Of a stretch of 64,000 bases of DNA, positions 15,001 through 30,000 are shown piece after piece. The position numbers and the translations under genes were made by a program. The stretch is from positions 440,262,001 through 440,326,000 of the forward strand of contig CM097882.1 in NCBI GenBank assembly GCA_044892505.1, in the 5' to 3' direction. The DNA comes from Schmidtea nova (Eukaryota). Position 1 is the first letter of the stretch; each line of letters begins with the position of its first letter. The notes under the pieces were generated by a model. The model saw only the letters and a list, made by a program, of their open reading frames with translations, searched no databases and had not been told where the DNA came from.

Positions 15001-18000
15001 TATTTGATGCATTGGATAAGGGTGAGTTAGACAATCTCAAAGGCAAAGAACTAGTTGAAAGTTTAGAAATAATGAAAGCATTGATTCCGAAATCCAAAGC
15101 GGGAGAGAAAGAACGGAAATTTCTAGACGACGTAATAGACGATTTGAAAAAGTCTTTAAAAAGTGGATCAAAAGTGAAAATCGACAAGTCTGTTTGTGAA
15201 CAATTAAAAGCTTTAGGTAAAAAGAGTGAAAAGAGATTAGTTAATTCCGATGAGGATAGCAACAAACTGCTCGAAGCAATTAGATGTTTATTTGATGAGG
15301 AAGAAGGCGAAAAAGAAAAGTTACTGAACCGGAAAGATATTGACAATTTACTGTGTGGAATAAAAGTCGCAAAAGATGCATTGAAAAATGAAATAAGTGA
15401 AGCGAAACTGATAGAGTTAGAAGAGATATTATTGAAGGAAGTCTCTGATGGAAAAGATCTCATTAGACTAGAAGCAACAGTCAATGAACCTCTCATTGGT
15501 ATTCTATGTGAAGCTGTCCAAATTCAATCGAGCATTCCGGATATTGCGGAACGTATAAGAAAATCTCGACAAGACGAAATTGAAAACAGTCGACGACCAA
15601 TTGAAACAATCTTGAAAGAATTAGTGGAAACGTCAAAGAGCGATCAAATAAAATTGAAAGGCCAAGATTTATCAAAATTGTCAAAAGCTATTGATACAAT
15701 TGAAAGTAGGATTAACGAAACTCCAGACGCTGAAAGATCCAAGGAGTGGAAAGCAAATAAATCTTTACTGGAATCTATTCTCCCTAAAGTACAAGAAGTC
15801 GTTGATTGCAAATCAAAAGAATTAGATCTGAACAAAGACGAAGCACAAAGACTAAGCAAATTGTGCAAAGATGTTGCAGAATCCCATCTTCCAGATTCGA
15901 CAGTAATTAGAAATGCAGACATAGTAGATGACATCGTTGATGAAGTAACTGAGGAACGTAAAGTTGGGCTTGAAAATGGACAAAAGTTGTTATTTGATGC
16001 ATTGGATAAGGGTGAGTTAGACAATCTCAAAGGCAAAGAACTAGTTGAAAGTTTAGAAATAATGAAAGCATTGATTCCGAAATCCAAAGCGGGAGAGAAA
16101 GAACGGAAATTTCTAGACGACGTAATAGACGATTTGAAAAAGTCTTTAAAAAGTGGATCAAAAGTGAAAATCGACAAGTCTGTTTGTGAACAATTAAAAG
16201 CTTTAGGTAAAAAGAGTGAAAAGAGATTAGTTAATTCCGATGAGGATAGCAACAAACTGCTCGAAGCAATTAGATGTTTATTTGATGAGGAAGAAGGCGA
16301 AAAAGAAAAGTTACTGAACCGGAAAGATATTGACAATTTACTGTGTGGAATAAAAGTCGCAAAAGATGCATTGAAAAATGAAATAAGTGAAGCGAAACTG
16401 ATAGAGTTAGAAGAGATATTATTGAAGGAAGTCTCTGATGGAAAAGATCTCATTAGACTAGAAGCGACAGTCAATGAACCTCTCATTGGTATTCTATGTG
16501 AAGCTGTCCAAATTCAATCGAGCATTCCGGATATTGCGGAACGTATAAGAAAATCTCGACAAGACGAAATTGAAAACAGTCGACGACCAATTGAAACAAT
16601 CTTGAAAGAATTAGTGGAAACGTCAAAGAGCGATCAAATAAAATTGAAAGGCCAAGATTTATCAAAATTGTCAAAAGCTATTGATACAATTGAAAGTAGG
16701 ATTAACGAAACTCCAGACGCTGAAAGATCCAAGGAGTGGAAAGCAAATAAATCTTTACTGGAATCTATTCTCCCTAAAGTACAAGAAGTCGTTGATTGCA
16801 AATCAAAAGAATTAGATCTGAACAAAGACGAAGCACAAAGACTAAGCAAATTGTGCAAAGATGTTGCAGAATCCCATCTTCCAGATTCGACAGTAATTAG
16901 AAATGCAGACATAGTAGATGACATCGTTGATGAAGTAACTGAGGAACGTAAAGTTGGGCTTGAAAATGGACAAAAGTTGTTATTTGATGCATTGGATAAG
17001 GGTGAGTTAGACAATCTCAAAGGCAAAGAACTAGTTGAAAGTTTAGAAATAATGAAAGCATTGATTCCGAAATCCAAAGCGGGAGAGAAAGAACGGAAAT
17101 TTCTAGACGACGTAATAGACGATTTGAAAAAGTCTTTAAAAAGTGGATCAAAAGTGAAAATCGACAAGTCTGTTTGTGAACAATTAAAAGCTTTAGGTAA
17201 AAAGAGTGAAAAGAGATTAGTTAATTCCGATGAGGATAGCAACAAACTGCTCGAAGCAATTAGATGTTTATTTGATGAGGAAGAAGGCGAAAAAGAAAAG
17301 TTACTGAACCGGAAAGATATTGACAATTTACTGTGTGGAATAAAAGTCGCAAAAGATGCATTGAAAAATGAAATAAGTGAAGCGAAACTGATAGAGTTAG
17401 AAGAGATATTATTGAAGGAAGTCTCTGATGGAAAAGATCTCATTAGACTAGAAGCGACAGTCAATGAACCTCTCATTGGTATTCTATGTGAAGCTGTCCA
17501 AATTCAATCGAGCATTCCGGATATTGCGGAACGTATAAGAAAATCTCGACAAGACGAAATTGAAAACAGTCGACGACCAATTGAAACAATCTTGAAAGAA
17601 TTAGTGGAAACGTCAAAGAGCGATCAAATAAAATTGAAAGGCCAAGATTTATCAAAATTGTCAAAAGCTATTGATACAATTGAAAGTAGGATTAACGAAA
17701 CTCCAGACGCTGAAAGATCCAAGGAGTGGAAAGCAAATAAATCTTTACTGGAATCTATTCTCCCTAAAGTACAAGAAGTCGTTGATTGCAAATCAAAAGA
17801 ATTAGATCTGAACAAAGACGAAGCACAAAGACTAAGCAAATTGTGCAAAGATGTTGCAGAATCCCATCTTCCAGATTCGACAGTAATTAGAAATGCAGAC
17901 ATAGTAGATGACATCGTTGATGAAGTAACTGAGGAACGTAAAGTTGGGCTTGAAAATGGACAAAAGTTGTTATTTGATGCATTGGATAAGGGTGAGTTAG

Positions 18001-21000
18001 ACAATCTCAAAGGCAAAGAACTAGTTGAAAGTTTAGAAATAATGAAAGCATTGATTCCGAAATCCAAAGCGGGAGAGAAAGAACGGAAATTTCTAGACGA
18101 CGTAATAGACGATTTGAAAAAGTCTTTAAAAAGTGGATCAAAAGTGAAAATCGACAAGTCTGTTTGTGAACAATTAAAAGCTTTAGGTAAAAAGAGTGAA
18201 AAGAGATTAGTTAATTCCGATGAGGATAGCAACAAACTGCTCGAAGCAATTAGATGTTTATTTGATGAGGAAGAAGGCGAAAAAGAAAAGTTACTGAACC
18301 GGAAAGATATTGACAATTTACTGTGTGGAATAAAAGTCGCAAAAGATGCATTGAAAAATGAAATAAGTGAAGCGAAACTGATAGAGTTAGAAGAGATATT
18401 ATTGAAGGAAGTCTCTGATGGAAAAGATCTCATTAGACTAGAAGCGACAGTCAATGAACCTCTCATTGGTATTCTATGTGAAGCTGTCCAAATTCAATCG
18501 AGCATTCCGGATATTGCGGAACGTATAAGAAAATCTCGACAAGACAAAATTGAAAACAGTCGACGACCAATTGAAACAATCTTGAAAGAATTAGTGGAAA
18601 CGTCAAAGAGCGATCAAATAAAATTGAAAGGCCAAGATTTATCAAAATTGTCAAAAGCTATTGATACAATTGAAAGTAGGATTAACGAAACTCCAGACGC
18701 TGAAAGATCCAAGGAGTGGAAAGCAAATAAATCTTTACTGGAATCTATTCTCCCTAAAGTACAAGAAGTCGTTGATTGCAAATCAAAAGAATTAGATCTG
18801 AACAAAGACGAAGCACAAAGACTAAGCAAATTGTGCAAAGATGTTGCAGAATCCCATCTTCCAGATTCGACAGTAATTAGAAATGCAGACATAGTAGATG
18901 ACATCGTTGATGAAGTAACTGAGGAACGTAAAGTTGGGCTTGAAAATGGACAAAAGTTGTTATTTGATGCATTGGATAAGGGTGAGTTAGACAATCTCAA
19001 AGGCAAAGAACTAGTTGAAAGTTTAGAAATAATGAAAGCATTGATTCCGAAATCCAAAGCGGGAGAGAAAGAACGGAAATTTCTAGACGACGTAATAGAC
19101 GATTTGAAAAAGTCTTTAAAAAGTGGATCAAAAGTGAAAATCGACAAGTCTGTTTGTGAACAATTAAAAGCTTTAGGTAAAAAGAGTGAAAAGAGATTAG
19201 TTAATTCCGATGAGGATAGCAACAAACTGCTCGAAGCAATTAGATGTTTATTTGATGAGGAAGAAGGCGAAAAAGAAAAGTTACTGAACCGGAAAGATAT
19301 TGACAATTTACTGTGTGGAATAAAAGTCGCAAAAGATGCATTGAAAAATGAAATAAGTGAAGCGAAACTGATAGAGTTAGAAGAGATATTATTGAAGGAA
19401 GTCTCTGATGGAAAAGATCTCATTAGACTAGAAGCGACAGTCAATGAACCTCTCATTGGTATTCTATGTGAAGCTGTCCAAATTCAATCGAGCATTCCGG
19501 ATATTGCGGAACGTATAAGAAAATCTCGACAAGACGAAATTGAAAACAGTCGACGACCAATTGAAACAATCTTGAAAGAATTAGTGGAAACGTCAAAGAG
19601 CGATCAAATAAAATTGAAAGGCCAAGATTTATCAAAATTGTCAAAAGCTATTGATACAATTGAAAGTAGGATTAACGAAACTCCAGACGCTGAAAGATCC
19701 AAGGAGTGGAAAGCAAATAAATCTTTACTGGAATCTATTCTCCCTAAAGTACAAGAAGTCGTTGATTGCAAATCAAAAGAATTAGATCTGAACAAAGACG
19801 AAGCACAAAGACTAAGCAAATTGTGCAAAGATGTTGCAGAATCCCATCTTCCAGATTCGACAGTAATTAGAAATGCAGACATAGTAGATGACATCGTTGA
19901 TGAAGTAACTGAGGAACGTAAAGTTGGGCTTGAAAATGGACAAAAGTTGTTATTTGATGCATTGGATAAGGGTGAGTTAGACAATCTCAAAGGCAAAGAA
20001 CTAGTTGAAAGTTTAGAAATAATGAAAGCATTGATTCCGAAATCCAAAGCGGGAGAGAAAGAACGGAAATTTCTAGACGACGTAATAGACGATTTGAAAA
20101 AGTCTTTAAAAAGTGGATCAAAAGTGAAAATCGACAAGTCTGTTTGTGAACAATTAAAAGCTTTAGGTAAAAAGAGTGAAAAGAGATTAGTTAATTCCGA
20201 TGAGGATAGCAACAAACTGCTCGAAGCAATTAGATGTTTATTTGATGAGGAAGAAGGCGAAAAAGAAAAGTTACTGAACCGGAAAGATATTGACAATTTA
20301 CTGTGTGGAATAAAAGTCGCAAAAGATGCATTGAAAAATGAAATAAGTGAAGCGAAACTGATAGAGTTAGAAGAGATATTATTGAAGGAAGTCTCTGATG
20401 GAAAAGATCTCATTAGACTAGAAGCGACAGTCAATGAACCTCTCATTGGTATTCTATGTGAAGCTGTCCAAATTCAATCGAGCATTCCGGATATTGCGGA
20501 ACGTATAAGAAAATCTCGACAAGACGAAATTGAAAACAGTCGACGACCAATTGAAACAATCTTGAAAGAATTAGTGGAAACGTCAAAGAGCGATCAAATA
20601 AAATTGAAAGGCCAAGATTTATCAAAATTGTCAAAAGCTATTGATACAATTGAAAGTAGGATTAACGAAACTCCAGACGCTGAAAGATCCAAGGAGTGGA
20701 AAGCAAATAAATCTTTACTGGAATCTATTCTCCCTAAAGTACAAGAAGTCGTTGATTGCAAATCAAAAGAATTAGATCTGAACAAAGACGAAGCACAAAG
20801 ACTAAGCAAATTGTGCAAAGATGTTGCAGAATCCCATCTTCCAGATTCGACAGTAATTAGAAATGCAGACATAGTAGATGACATCGTTGATGAAGTAACT
20901 GAGGAACGTAAAGTTGGGCTTGAAAATGGACAAAAGTTGTTATTTGATGCATTGGATAAGGGTGAGTTAGACAATCTCAAAGGCAAAGAACTAGTTGAAA

Positions 21001-24000
21001 GTTTAGAAATAATGAAAGCATTGATTCCGAAATCCAAAGCGGGAGAGAAAGAACGGAAATTTCTAGACGACGTAATAGACGATTTGAAAAAGTCTTTAAA
21101 AAGTGGATCAAAAGTGAAAATCGACAAGTCTGTTTGTGAACAATTAAAAGCTTTAGGTAAAAAGAGTGAAAAGAGATTAGTTAATTCCGATGAGGATAGC
21201 AACAAACTGCTCGAAGCAATTAGATGTTTATTTGATGAGGAAGAAGGCGAAAAAGAAAAGTTACTGAACCGGAAAGATATTGACAATTTACTGTGTGGAA
21301 TAAAAGTCGCAAAAGATGCATTGAAAAATGAAATAAGTGAAGCGAAACTGATAGAGTTAGAAGAGATATTATTGAAGGAAGTCTCTGATGGAAAAGATCT
21401 CATTAGACTAGAAGCGACAGTCAATGAACCTCTCATTGGTATTCTATGTGAAGCTGTCCAAATTCAATCGAGCATTCCGGATATTGCGGAACGTATAAGA
21501 AAATCTCGACAAGACGAAATTGAAAACAGTCGACGACCAATTGAAACAATCTTGAAAGAATTAGTGGAAACGTCAAAGAGCGATCAAATAAAATTGAAAG
21601 GCCAAGATTTATCAAAATTGTCAAAAGCTATTGATACAATTGAAAGTAGGATTAACGAAACTCCAGACGCTGAAAGATCCAAGGAGTGGAAAGCAAATAA
21701 ATCTTTACTGGAATCTATTCTCCCTAAAGTACAAGAAGTCGTTGATTGCAAATCAAAAGAATTAGATCTGAACAAAGACGAAGCACAAAGACTAAGCAAA
21801 TTGTGCAAAGATGTTGCAGAATCCCATCTTCCAGATTCGACAGTAATTAGAAATGCAGACATAGTAGATGACATCGTTGATGAAGTAACTGAGGAACGTA
21901 AAGTTGGGCTTGAAAATGGACAAAAGTTGTTATTTGATGCATTGGATAAGGGTGAGTTAGACAATCTCAAAGGCAAAGAACTAGTTGAAAGTTTAGAAAT
22001 AATGAAAGCATTGATTCCGAAATCCAAAGCGGGAGAGAAAGAACGGAAATTTCTAGACGACGTAATAGACGATTTGAAAAAGTCTTTAAAAAGTGGATCA
22101 AAAGTGAAAATCGACAAGTCTGTTTGTGAACAATTAAAAGCTTTAGGTAAAAAGAGTGAAAAGAGATTAGTTAATTCCGATGAGGATAGCAACAAACTGC
22201 TCGAAGCAATTAGATGTTTATTTGATGAGGAAGAAGGCGAAAAAGAAAAGTTACTGAACCGGAAAGATATTGACAATTTACTGTGTGGAATAAAAGTCGC
22301 AAAAGATGCATTGAAAAATGAAATAAGTGAAGCGAAACTGATAGAGTTAGAAGAGATATTATTGAAGGAAGTCTCTGATGGAAAAGATCTCATTAGACTA
22401 GAAGCGACAGTCAATGAACCTCTCATTGGTATTCTATGTGAAGCTGTCCAAATTCAATCGAGCATTCCGGATATTGCGGAACGTATAAGAAAATCTCGAC
22501 AAGACGAAATTGAAAACAGTCGACGACCAATTGAAACAATCTTGAAAGAATTAGTGGAAACGTCAAAGAGCGATCAAATAAAATTGAAAGGCCAAGATTT
22601 ATCAAAATTGTCAAAAGCTATTGATACAATTGAAAGTAGGATTAACGAAACTCCAGACGCTGAAAGATCCAAGGAGTGGAAAGCAAATAAATCTTTACTG
22701 GAATCTATTCTCCCTAAAGTACAAGAAGTCGTTGATTGCAAATCAAAAGAATTAGATCTGAACAAAGACGAAGCACAAAGACTAAGCAAATTGTGCAAAG
22801 ATGTTGCAGAATCCCATCTTCCAGATTCGACAGTAATTAGAAATGCAGACATAGTAGATGACATCGTTGATGAAGTAACTGAGGAACGTAAAGTTGGGCT
22901 TGAAAATGGACAAAAGTTGTTATTTGATGCATTGGATAAGGGTGAGTTAGACAATCTCAAAGGCAAAGAACTAGTTGAAAGTTTAGAAATAATGAAAGCA
23001 TTGATTCCGAAATCCAAAGCGGGAGAGAAAGAACGGAAATTTCTAGACGACGTAATAGACGATTTGAAAAAGTCTTTAAAAAGTGGATCAAAAGTGAAAA
23101 TCGACAAGTCTGTTTGTGAACAATTAAAAGCTTTAGGTAAAAAGAGTGAAAAGAGATTAGTTAATTCCGATGAGGATAGCAACAAACTGCTCGAAGCAAT
23201 TAGATGTTTATTTGATGAGGAAGAAGGCGAAAAAGAAAAGTTACTGAACCGGAAAGATATTGACAATTTACTGTGTGGAATAAAAGTCGCAAAAGATGCA
23301 TTGAAAAATGAAATAAGTGAAGCGAAACTGATAGAGTTAGAAGAGATATTATTGAAGGAAGTCTCTGATGGAAAAGATCTCATTAGACTAGAAGCGACAG
23401 TCAATGAACCTCTCATTGGTATTCTATGTGAAGCTGTCCAAATTCAATCGAGCATTCCGGATATTGCGGAACGTATAAGAAAATCTCGACAAGACGAAAT
23501 TGAAAACAGTCGACGACCAATTGAAACAATCTTGAAAGAATTAGTGGAAACGTCAAAGAGCGATCAAATAAAATTGAAAGGCCAAGATTTATCAAAATTG
23601 TCAAAAGCTATTGATACAATTGAAAGTAGGATTAACGAAACTCCAGACGCTGAAAGATCCAAGGAGTGGAAAGCAAATAAATCTTTACTGGAATCTATTC
23701 TCCCTAAAGTACAAGAAGTCGTTGATTGCAAATCAAAAGAATTAGATCTGAACAAAGACGAAGCACAAAGACTAAGCAAATTGTGCAAAGATGTTGCAGA
23801 ATCCCATCTTCCAGATTCGACAGTAATTAGAAATGCAGACATAGTAGATGACATCGTTGATGAAGTAACTGAGGAACGTAAAGTTGGGCTTGAAAATGGA
23901 CAAAAGTTGTTATTTGATGCATTGGATAAGGGTGAGTTAGACAATCTCAAAGGCAAAGAACTAGTTGAAAGTTTAGAAATAATGAAAGCATTGATTCCGA

Positions 24001-27000
24001 AATCCAAAGCGGGAGAGAAAGAACGGAAATTTCTAGACGACGTAATAGACGATTTGAAAAAGTCTTTAAAAAGTGGATCAAAAGTGAAAATCGACAAGTC
24101 TGTTTGTGAACAATTAAAAGCTTTAGGTAAAAAGAGTGAAAAGAGATTAGTTAATTCCGATGAGGATAGCAACAAACTGCTCGAAGCAATTAGATGTTTA
24201 TTTGATGAGGAAGAAGGCGAAAAAGAAAAGTTACTGAACCGGAAAGATATTGACAATTTACTGTGTGGAATAAAAGTCGCAAAAGATGCATTGAAAAATG
24301 AAATAAGTGAAGCGAAACTGATAGAGTTAGAAGAGATATTATTGAAGGAAGTCTCTGATGGAAAAGATCTCATTAGACTAGAAGCGACAGTCAATGAACC
24401 TCTCATTGGTATTCTATGTGAAGCTGTCCAAATTCAATCGAGCATTCCGGATATTGCGGAACGTATAAGAAAATCTCGACAAGACGAAATTGAAAACAGT
24501 CGACGACCAATTGAAACAATCTTGAAAGAATTAGTGGAAACGTCAAAGAGCGATCAAATAAAATTGAAAGGCCAAGATTTATCAAAATTGTCAAAAGCTA
24601 TTGATACAATTGAAAGTAGGATTAACGAAACTCCAGACGCTGAAAGATCCAAGGAGTGGAAAGCAAATAAATCTTTACTGGAATCTATTCTCCCTAAAGT
24701 ACAAGAAGTCGTTGATTGCAAATCAAAAGAATTAGATCTGAACAAAGACGAAGCACAAAGACTAAGCAAATTGTGCAAAGATGTTGCAGAATCCCATCTT
24801 CCAGATTCGACAGTAATTAGAAATGCAGACATAGTAGATGACATCGTTGATGAAGTAACTGAGGAACGTAAAGTTGGGCTTGAAAATGGACAAAAGTTGT
24901 TATTTGATGCATTGGATAAGGGTGAGTTAGACAATCTCAAAGGCAAAGAACTAGTTGAAAGTTTAGAAATAATGAAAGCATTGATTCCGAAATCCAAAGC
25001 GGGAGAGAAAGAACGGAAATTTCTAGACGACGTAATAGACGATTTGAAAAAGTCTTTAAAAAGTGGATCAAAAGTGAAAATCGACAAGTCTGTTTGTGAA
25101 CAATTAAAAGCTTTAGGTAAAAAGAGTGAAAAGAGATTAGTTAATTCCGATGAGGATAGCAACAAACTGCTCGAAGCAATTAGATGTTTATTTGATGAGG
25201 AAGAAGGCGAAAAAGAAAAGTTACTGAACCGGAAAGATATTGACAATTTACTGTGTGGAATAAAAGTCGCAAAAGATGCATTGAAAAATGAAATAAGTGA
25301 AGCGAAACTGATAGAGTTAGAAGAGATATTATTGAAGGAAGTCTCTGATGGAAAAGATCTCATTAGACTAGAAGCGACAGTCAATGAACCTCTCATTGGT
25401 ATTCTATGTGAAGCTGTCCAAATTCAATCGAGCATTCCGGATATTGCGGAACGTATAAGAAAATCTCGACAAGACGAAATTGAAAACAGTCGACGACCAA
25501 TTGAAACAATCTTGAAAGAATTAGTGGAAACGTCAAAGAGCGATCAAATAAAATTGAAAGGCCAAGATTTATCAAAATTGTCAAAAGCTATTGATACAAT
25601 TGAAAGTAGGATTAACGAAACTCCAGACGCTGAAAGATCCAAGGAGTGGAAAGCAAATAAATCTTTACTGGAATCTATTCTCCCTAAAGTACAAGAAGTC
25701 GTTGATTGCAAATCAAAAGAATTAGATCTGAACAAAGACGAAGCACAAAGACTAAGCAAATTGTGCAAAGATGTTGCAGAATCCCATCTTCCAGATTCGA
25801 CAGTAATTAGAAATGCAGACATAGTAGATGACATCGTTGATGAAGTAACTGAGGAACGTAAAGTTGGGCTTGAAAATGGACAAAAGTTGTTATTTGATGC
25901 ATTGGATAAGGGTGAGTTAGACAATCTCAAAGGCAAAGAACTAGTTGAAAGTTTAGAAATAATGAAAGCATTGATTCCGAAATCCAAAGCGGGAGAGAAA
26001 GAACGGAAATTTCTAGACGACGTAATAGACGATTTGAAAAAGTCTTTAAAAAGTGGATCAAAAGTGAAAATCGACAAGTCTGTTTGTGAACAATTAAAAG
26101 CTTTAGGTAAAAAGAGTGAAAAGAGATTAGTTAATTCCGATGAGGATAGCAACAAACTGCTCGAAGCAATTAGATGTTTATTTGATGAGGAAGAAGGCGA
26201 AAAAGAAAAGTTACTGAACCGGAAAGATATTGACAATTTACTGTGTGGAATAAAAGTCGCAAAAGATGCATTGAAAAATGAAATAAGTGAAGCGAAACTG
26301 ATAGAGTTAGAAGAGATATTATTGAAGGAAGTCTCTGATGGAAAAGATCTCATTAGACTAGAAGCGACAGTCAATGAACCTCTCATTGGTATTCTATGTG
26401 AAGCTGTCCAAATTCAATCGAGCATTCCGGATATTGCGGAACGTATAAGAAAATCTCGACAAGACAAAATTGAAAACAGTCGACGACCAATTGAAACAAT
26501 CTTGAAAGAATTAGTGGAAACGTCAAAGAGCGATCAAATAAAATTGAAAGGCCAAGATTTATCAAAATTGTCAAAAGCTATTGATACAATTGAAAGTAGG
26601 ATTAACGAAACTCCAGACGCTGAAAGATCCAAGGAGTGGAAAGCAAATAAATCTTTACTGGAATCTATTCTCCCTAAAGTACAAGAAGTCGTTGATTGCA
26701 AATCAAAAGAATTAGATCTGAACAAAGACGAAGCACAAAGACTAAGCAAATTGTGCAAAGATGTTGCAGAATCCCATCTTCCAGATTCGACAGTAATTAG
26801 AAATGCAGACATAGTAGATGACATCGTTGATGAAGTAACTGAGGAACGTAAAGTTGGGCTTGAAAATGGACAAAAGTTGTTATTTGATGCATTGGATAAG
26901 GGTGAGTTAGACAATCTCAAAGGCAAAGAACTAGTTGAAAGTTTAGAAATAATGAAAGCATTGATTCCGAAATCCAAAGCGGGAGAGAAAGAACGGAAAT

Positions 27001-30000
27001 TTCTAGACGACGTAATAGACGATTTGAAAAAGTCTTTAAAAAGTGGATCAAAAGTGAAAATCGACAAGTCTGTTTGTGAACAATTAAAAGCTTTAGGTAA
27101 AAAGAGTGAAAAGAGATTAGTTAATTCCGATGAGGATAGCAACAAACTGCTCGAAGCAATTAGATGTTTATTTGATGAGGAAGAAGGCGAAAAAGAAAAG
27201 TTACTGAACCGGAAAGATATTGACAATTTACTGTGTGGAATAAAAGTCGCAAAAGATGCATTGAAAAATGAAATAAGTGAAGCGAAACTGATAGAGTTAG
27301 AAGAGATATTATTGAAGGAAGTCTCTGATGGAAAAGATCTCATTAGACTAGAAGCGACAGTCAATGAACCTCTCATTGGTATTCTATGTGAAGCTGTCCA
27401 AATTCAATCGAGCATTCCGGATATTGCGGAACGTATAAGAAAATCTCGACAAGACGAAATTGAAAACAGTCGACGACCAATTGAAACAATCTTGAAAGAA
27501 TTAGTGGAAACGTCAAAGAGCGATCAAATAAAATTGAAAGGCCAAGATTTATCAAAATTGTCAAAAGCTATTGATACAATTGAAAGTAGGATTAACGAAA
27601 CTCCAGACGCTGAAAGATCCAAGGAGTGGAAAGCAAATAAATCTTTACTGGAATCTATTCTCCCTAAAGTACAAGAAGTCGTTGATTGCAAATCAAAAGA
27701 ATTAGATCTGAACAAAGACGAAGCACAAAGACTAAGCAAATTGTGCAAAGATGTTGCAGAATCCCATCTTCCAGATTCGACAGTAATTAGAAATGCAGAC
27801 ATAGTAGATGACATCGTTGATGAAGTAACTGAGGAACGTAAAGTTGGGCTTGAAAATGGACAAAAGTTGTTATTTGATGCATTGGATAAGGGTGAGTTAG
27901 ACAATCTCAAAGGCAAAGAACTAGTTGAAAGTTTAGAAATAATGAAAGCATTGATTCCGAAATCCAAAGCGGGAGAGAAAGAACGGAAATTTCTAGACGA
28001 CGTAATAGACGATTTGAAAAAGTCTTTAAAAAGTGGATCAAAAGTGAAAATCGACAAGTCTGTTTGTGAACAATTAAAAGCTTTAGGTAAAAAGAGTGAA
28101 AAGAGATTAGTTAATTCCGATGAGGATAGCAACAAACTGCTCGAAGCAATTAGATGTTTATTTGATGAGGAAGAAGGCGAAAAAGAAAAGTTACTGAACC
28201 GGAAAGATATTGACAATTTACTGTGTGGAATAAAAGTCGCAAAAGATGCATTGAAAAATGAAATAAGTGAAGCGAAACTGATAGAGTTAGAAGAGATATT
28301 ATTGAAGGAAGTCTCTGATGGAAAAGATCTCATTAGACTAGAAGCGACAGTCAATGAACCTCTCATTGGTATTCTATGTGAAGCTGTCCAAATTCAATCG
28401 AGCATTCCGGATATTGCGGAACGTATAAGAAAATCTCGACAAGACGAAATTGAAAACAGTCGACGACCAATTGAAACAATCTTGAAAGAATTAGTGGAAA
28501 CGTCAAAGAGCGATCAAATAAAATTGAAAGGCCAAGATTTATCAAAATTGTCAAAAGCTATTGATACAATTGAAAGTAGGATTAACGAAACTCCAGACGC
28601 TGAAAGATCCAAGGAGTGGAAAGCAAATAAATCTTTACTGGAATCTATTCTCCCTAAAGTACAAGAAGTCGTTGATTGCAAATCAAAAGAATTAGATCTG
28701 AACAAAGACGAAGCACAAAGACTAAGCAAATTGTGCAAAGATGTTGCAGAATCCCATCTTCCAGATTCGACAGTAATTAGAAATGCAGACATAGTAGATG
28801 ACATCGTTGATGAAGTAACTGAGGAACGTAAAGTTGGGCTTGAAAATGGACAAAAGTTGTTATTTGATGCATTGGATAAGGGTGAGTTAGACAATCTCAA
28901 AGGCAAAGAACTAGTTGAAAGTTTAGAAATAATGAAAGCATTGATTCCGAAATCCAAAGCGGGAGAGAAAGAACGGAAATTTCTAGACGACGTAATAGAC
29001 GATTTGAAAAAGTCTTTAAAAAGTGGATCAAAAGTGAAAATCGACAAGTCTGTTTGTGAACAATTAAAAGCTTTAGGTAAAAAGAGTGAAAAGAGATTAG
29101 TTAATTCCGATGAGGATAGCAACAAACTGCTCGAAGCAATTAGATGTTTATTTGATGAGGAAGAAGGCGAAAAAGAAAAGTTACTGAACCGGAAAGATAT
29201 TGACAATTTACTGTGTGGAATAAAAGTCGCAAAAGATGCATTGAAAAATGAAATAAGTGAAGCGAAACTGATAGAGTTAGAAGAGATATTATTGAAGGAA
29301 GTCTCTGATGGAAAAGATCTCATTAGACTAGAAGCGACAGTCAATGAACCTCTCATTGGTATTCTATGTGAAGCTGTCCAAATTCAATCGAGCATTCCGG
29401 ATATTGCGGAACGTATAAGAAAATCTCGACAAGACGAAATTGAAAACAGTCGACGACCAATTGAAACAATCTTGAAAGAATTAGTGGAAACGTCAAAGAG
29501 CGATCAAATAAAATTGAAAGGCCAAGATTTATCAAAATTGTCAAAAGCTATTGATACAATTGAAAGTAGGATTAACGAAACTCCAGACGCTGAAAGATCC
29601 AAGGAGTGGAAAGCAAATAAATCTTTACTGGAATCTATTCTCCCTAAAGTACAAGAAGTCGTTGATTGCAAATCAAAAGAATTAGATCTGAACAAAGACG
29701 AAGCACAAAGACTAAGCAAATTGTGCAAAGATGTTGCAGAATCCCATCTTCCAGATTCGACAGTAATTAGAAATGCAGACATAGTAGATGACATCGTTGA
29801 TGAAGTAACTGAGGAACGTAAAGTTGGGCTTGAAAATGGACAAAAGTTGTTATTTGATGCATTGGATAAGGGTGAGTTAGACAATCTCAAAGGCAAAGAA
29901 CTAGTTGAAAGTTTAGAAATAATGAAAGCATTGATTCCGAAATCCAAAGCGGGAGAGAAAGAACGGAAATTTCTAGACGACGTAATAGACGATTTGAAAA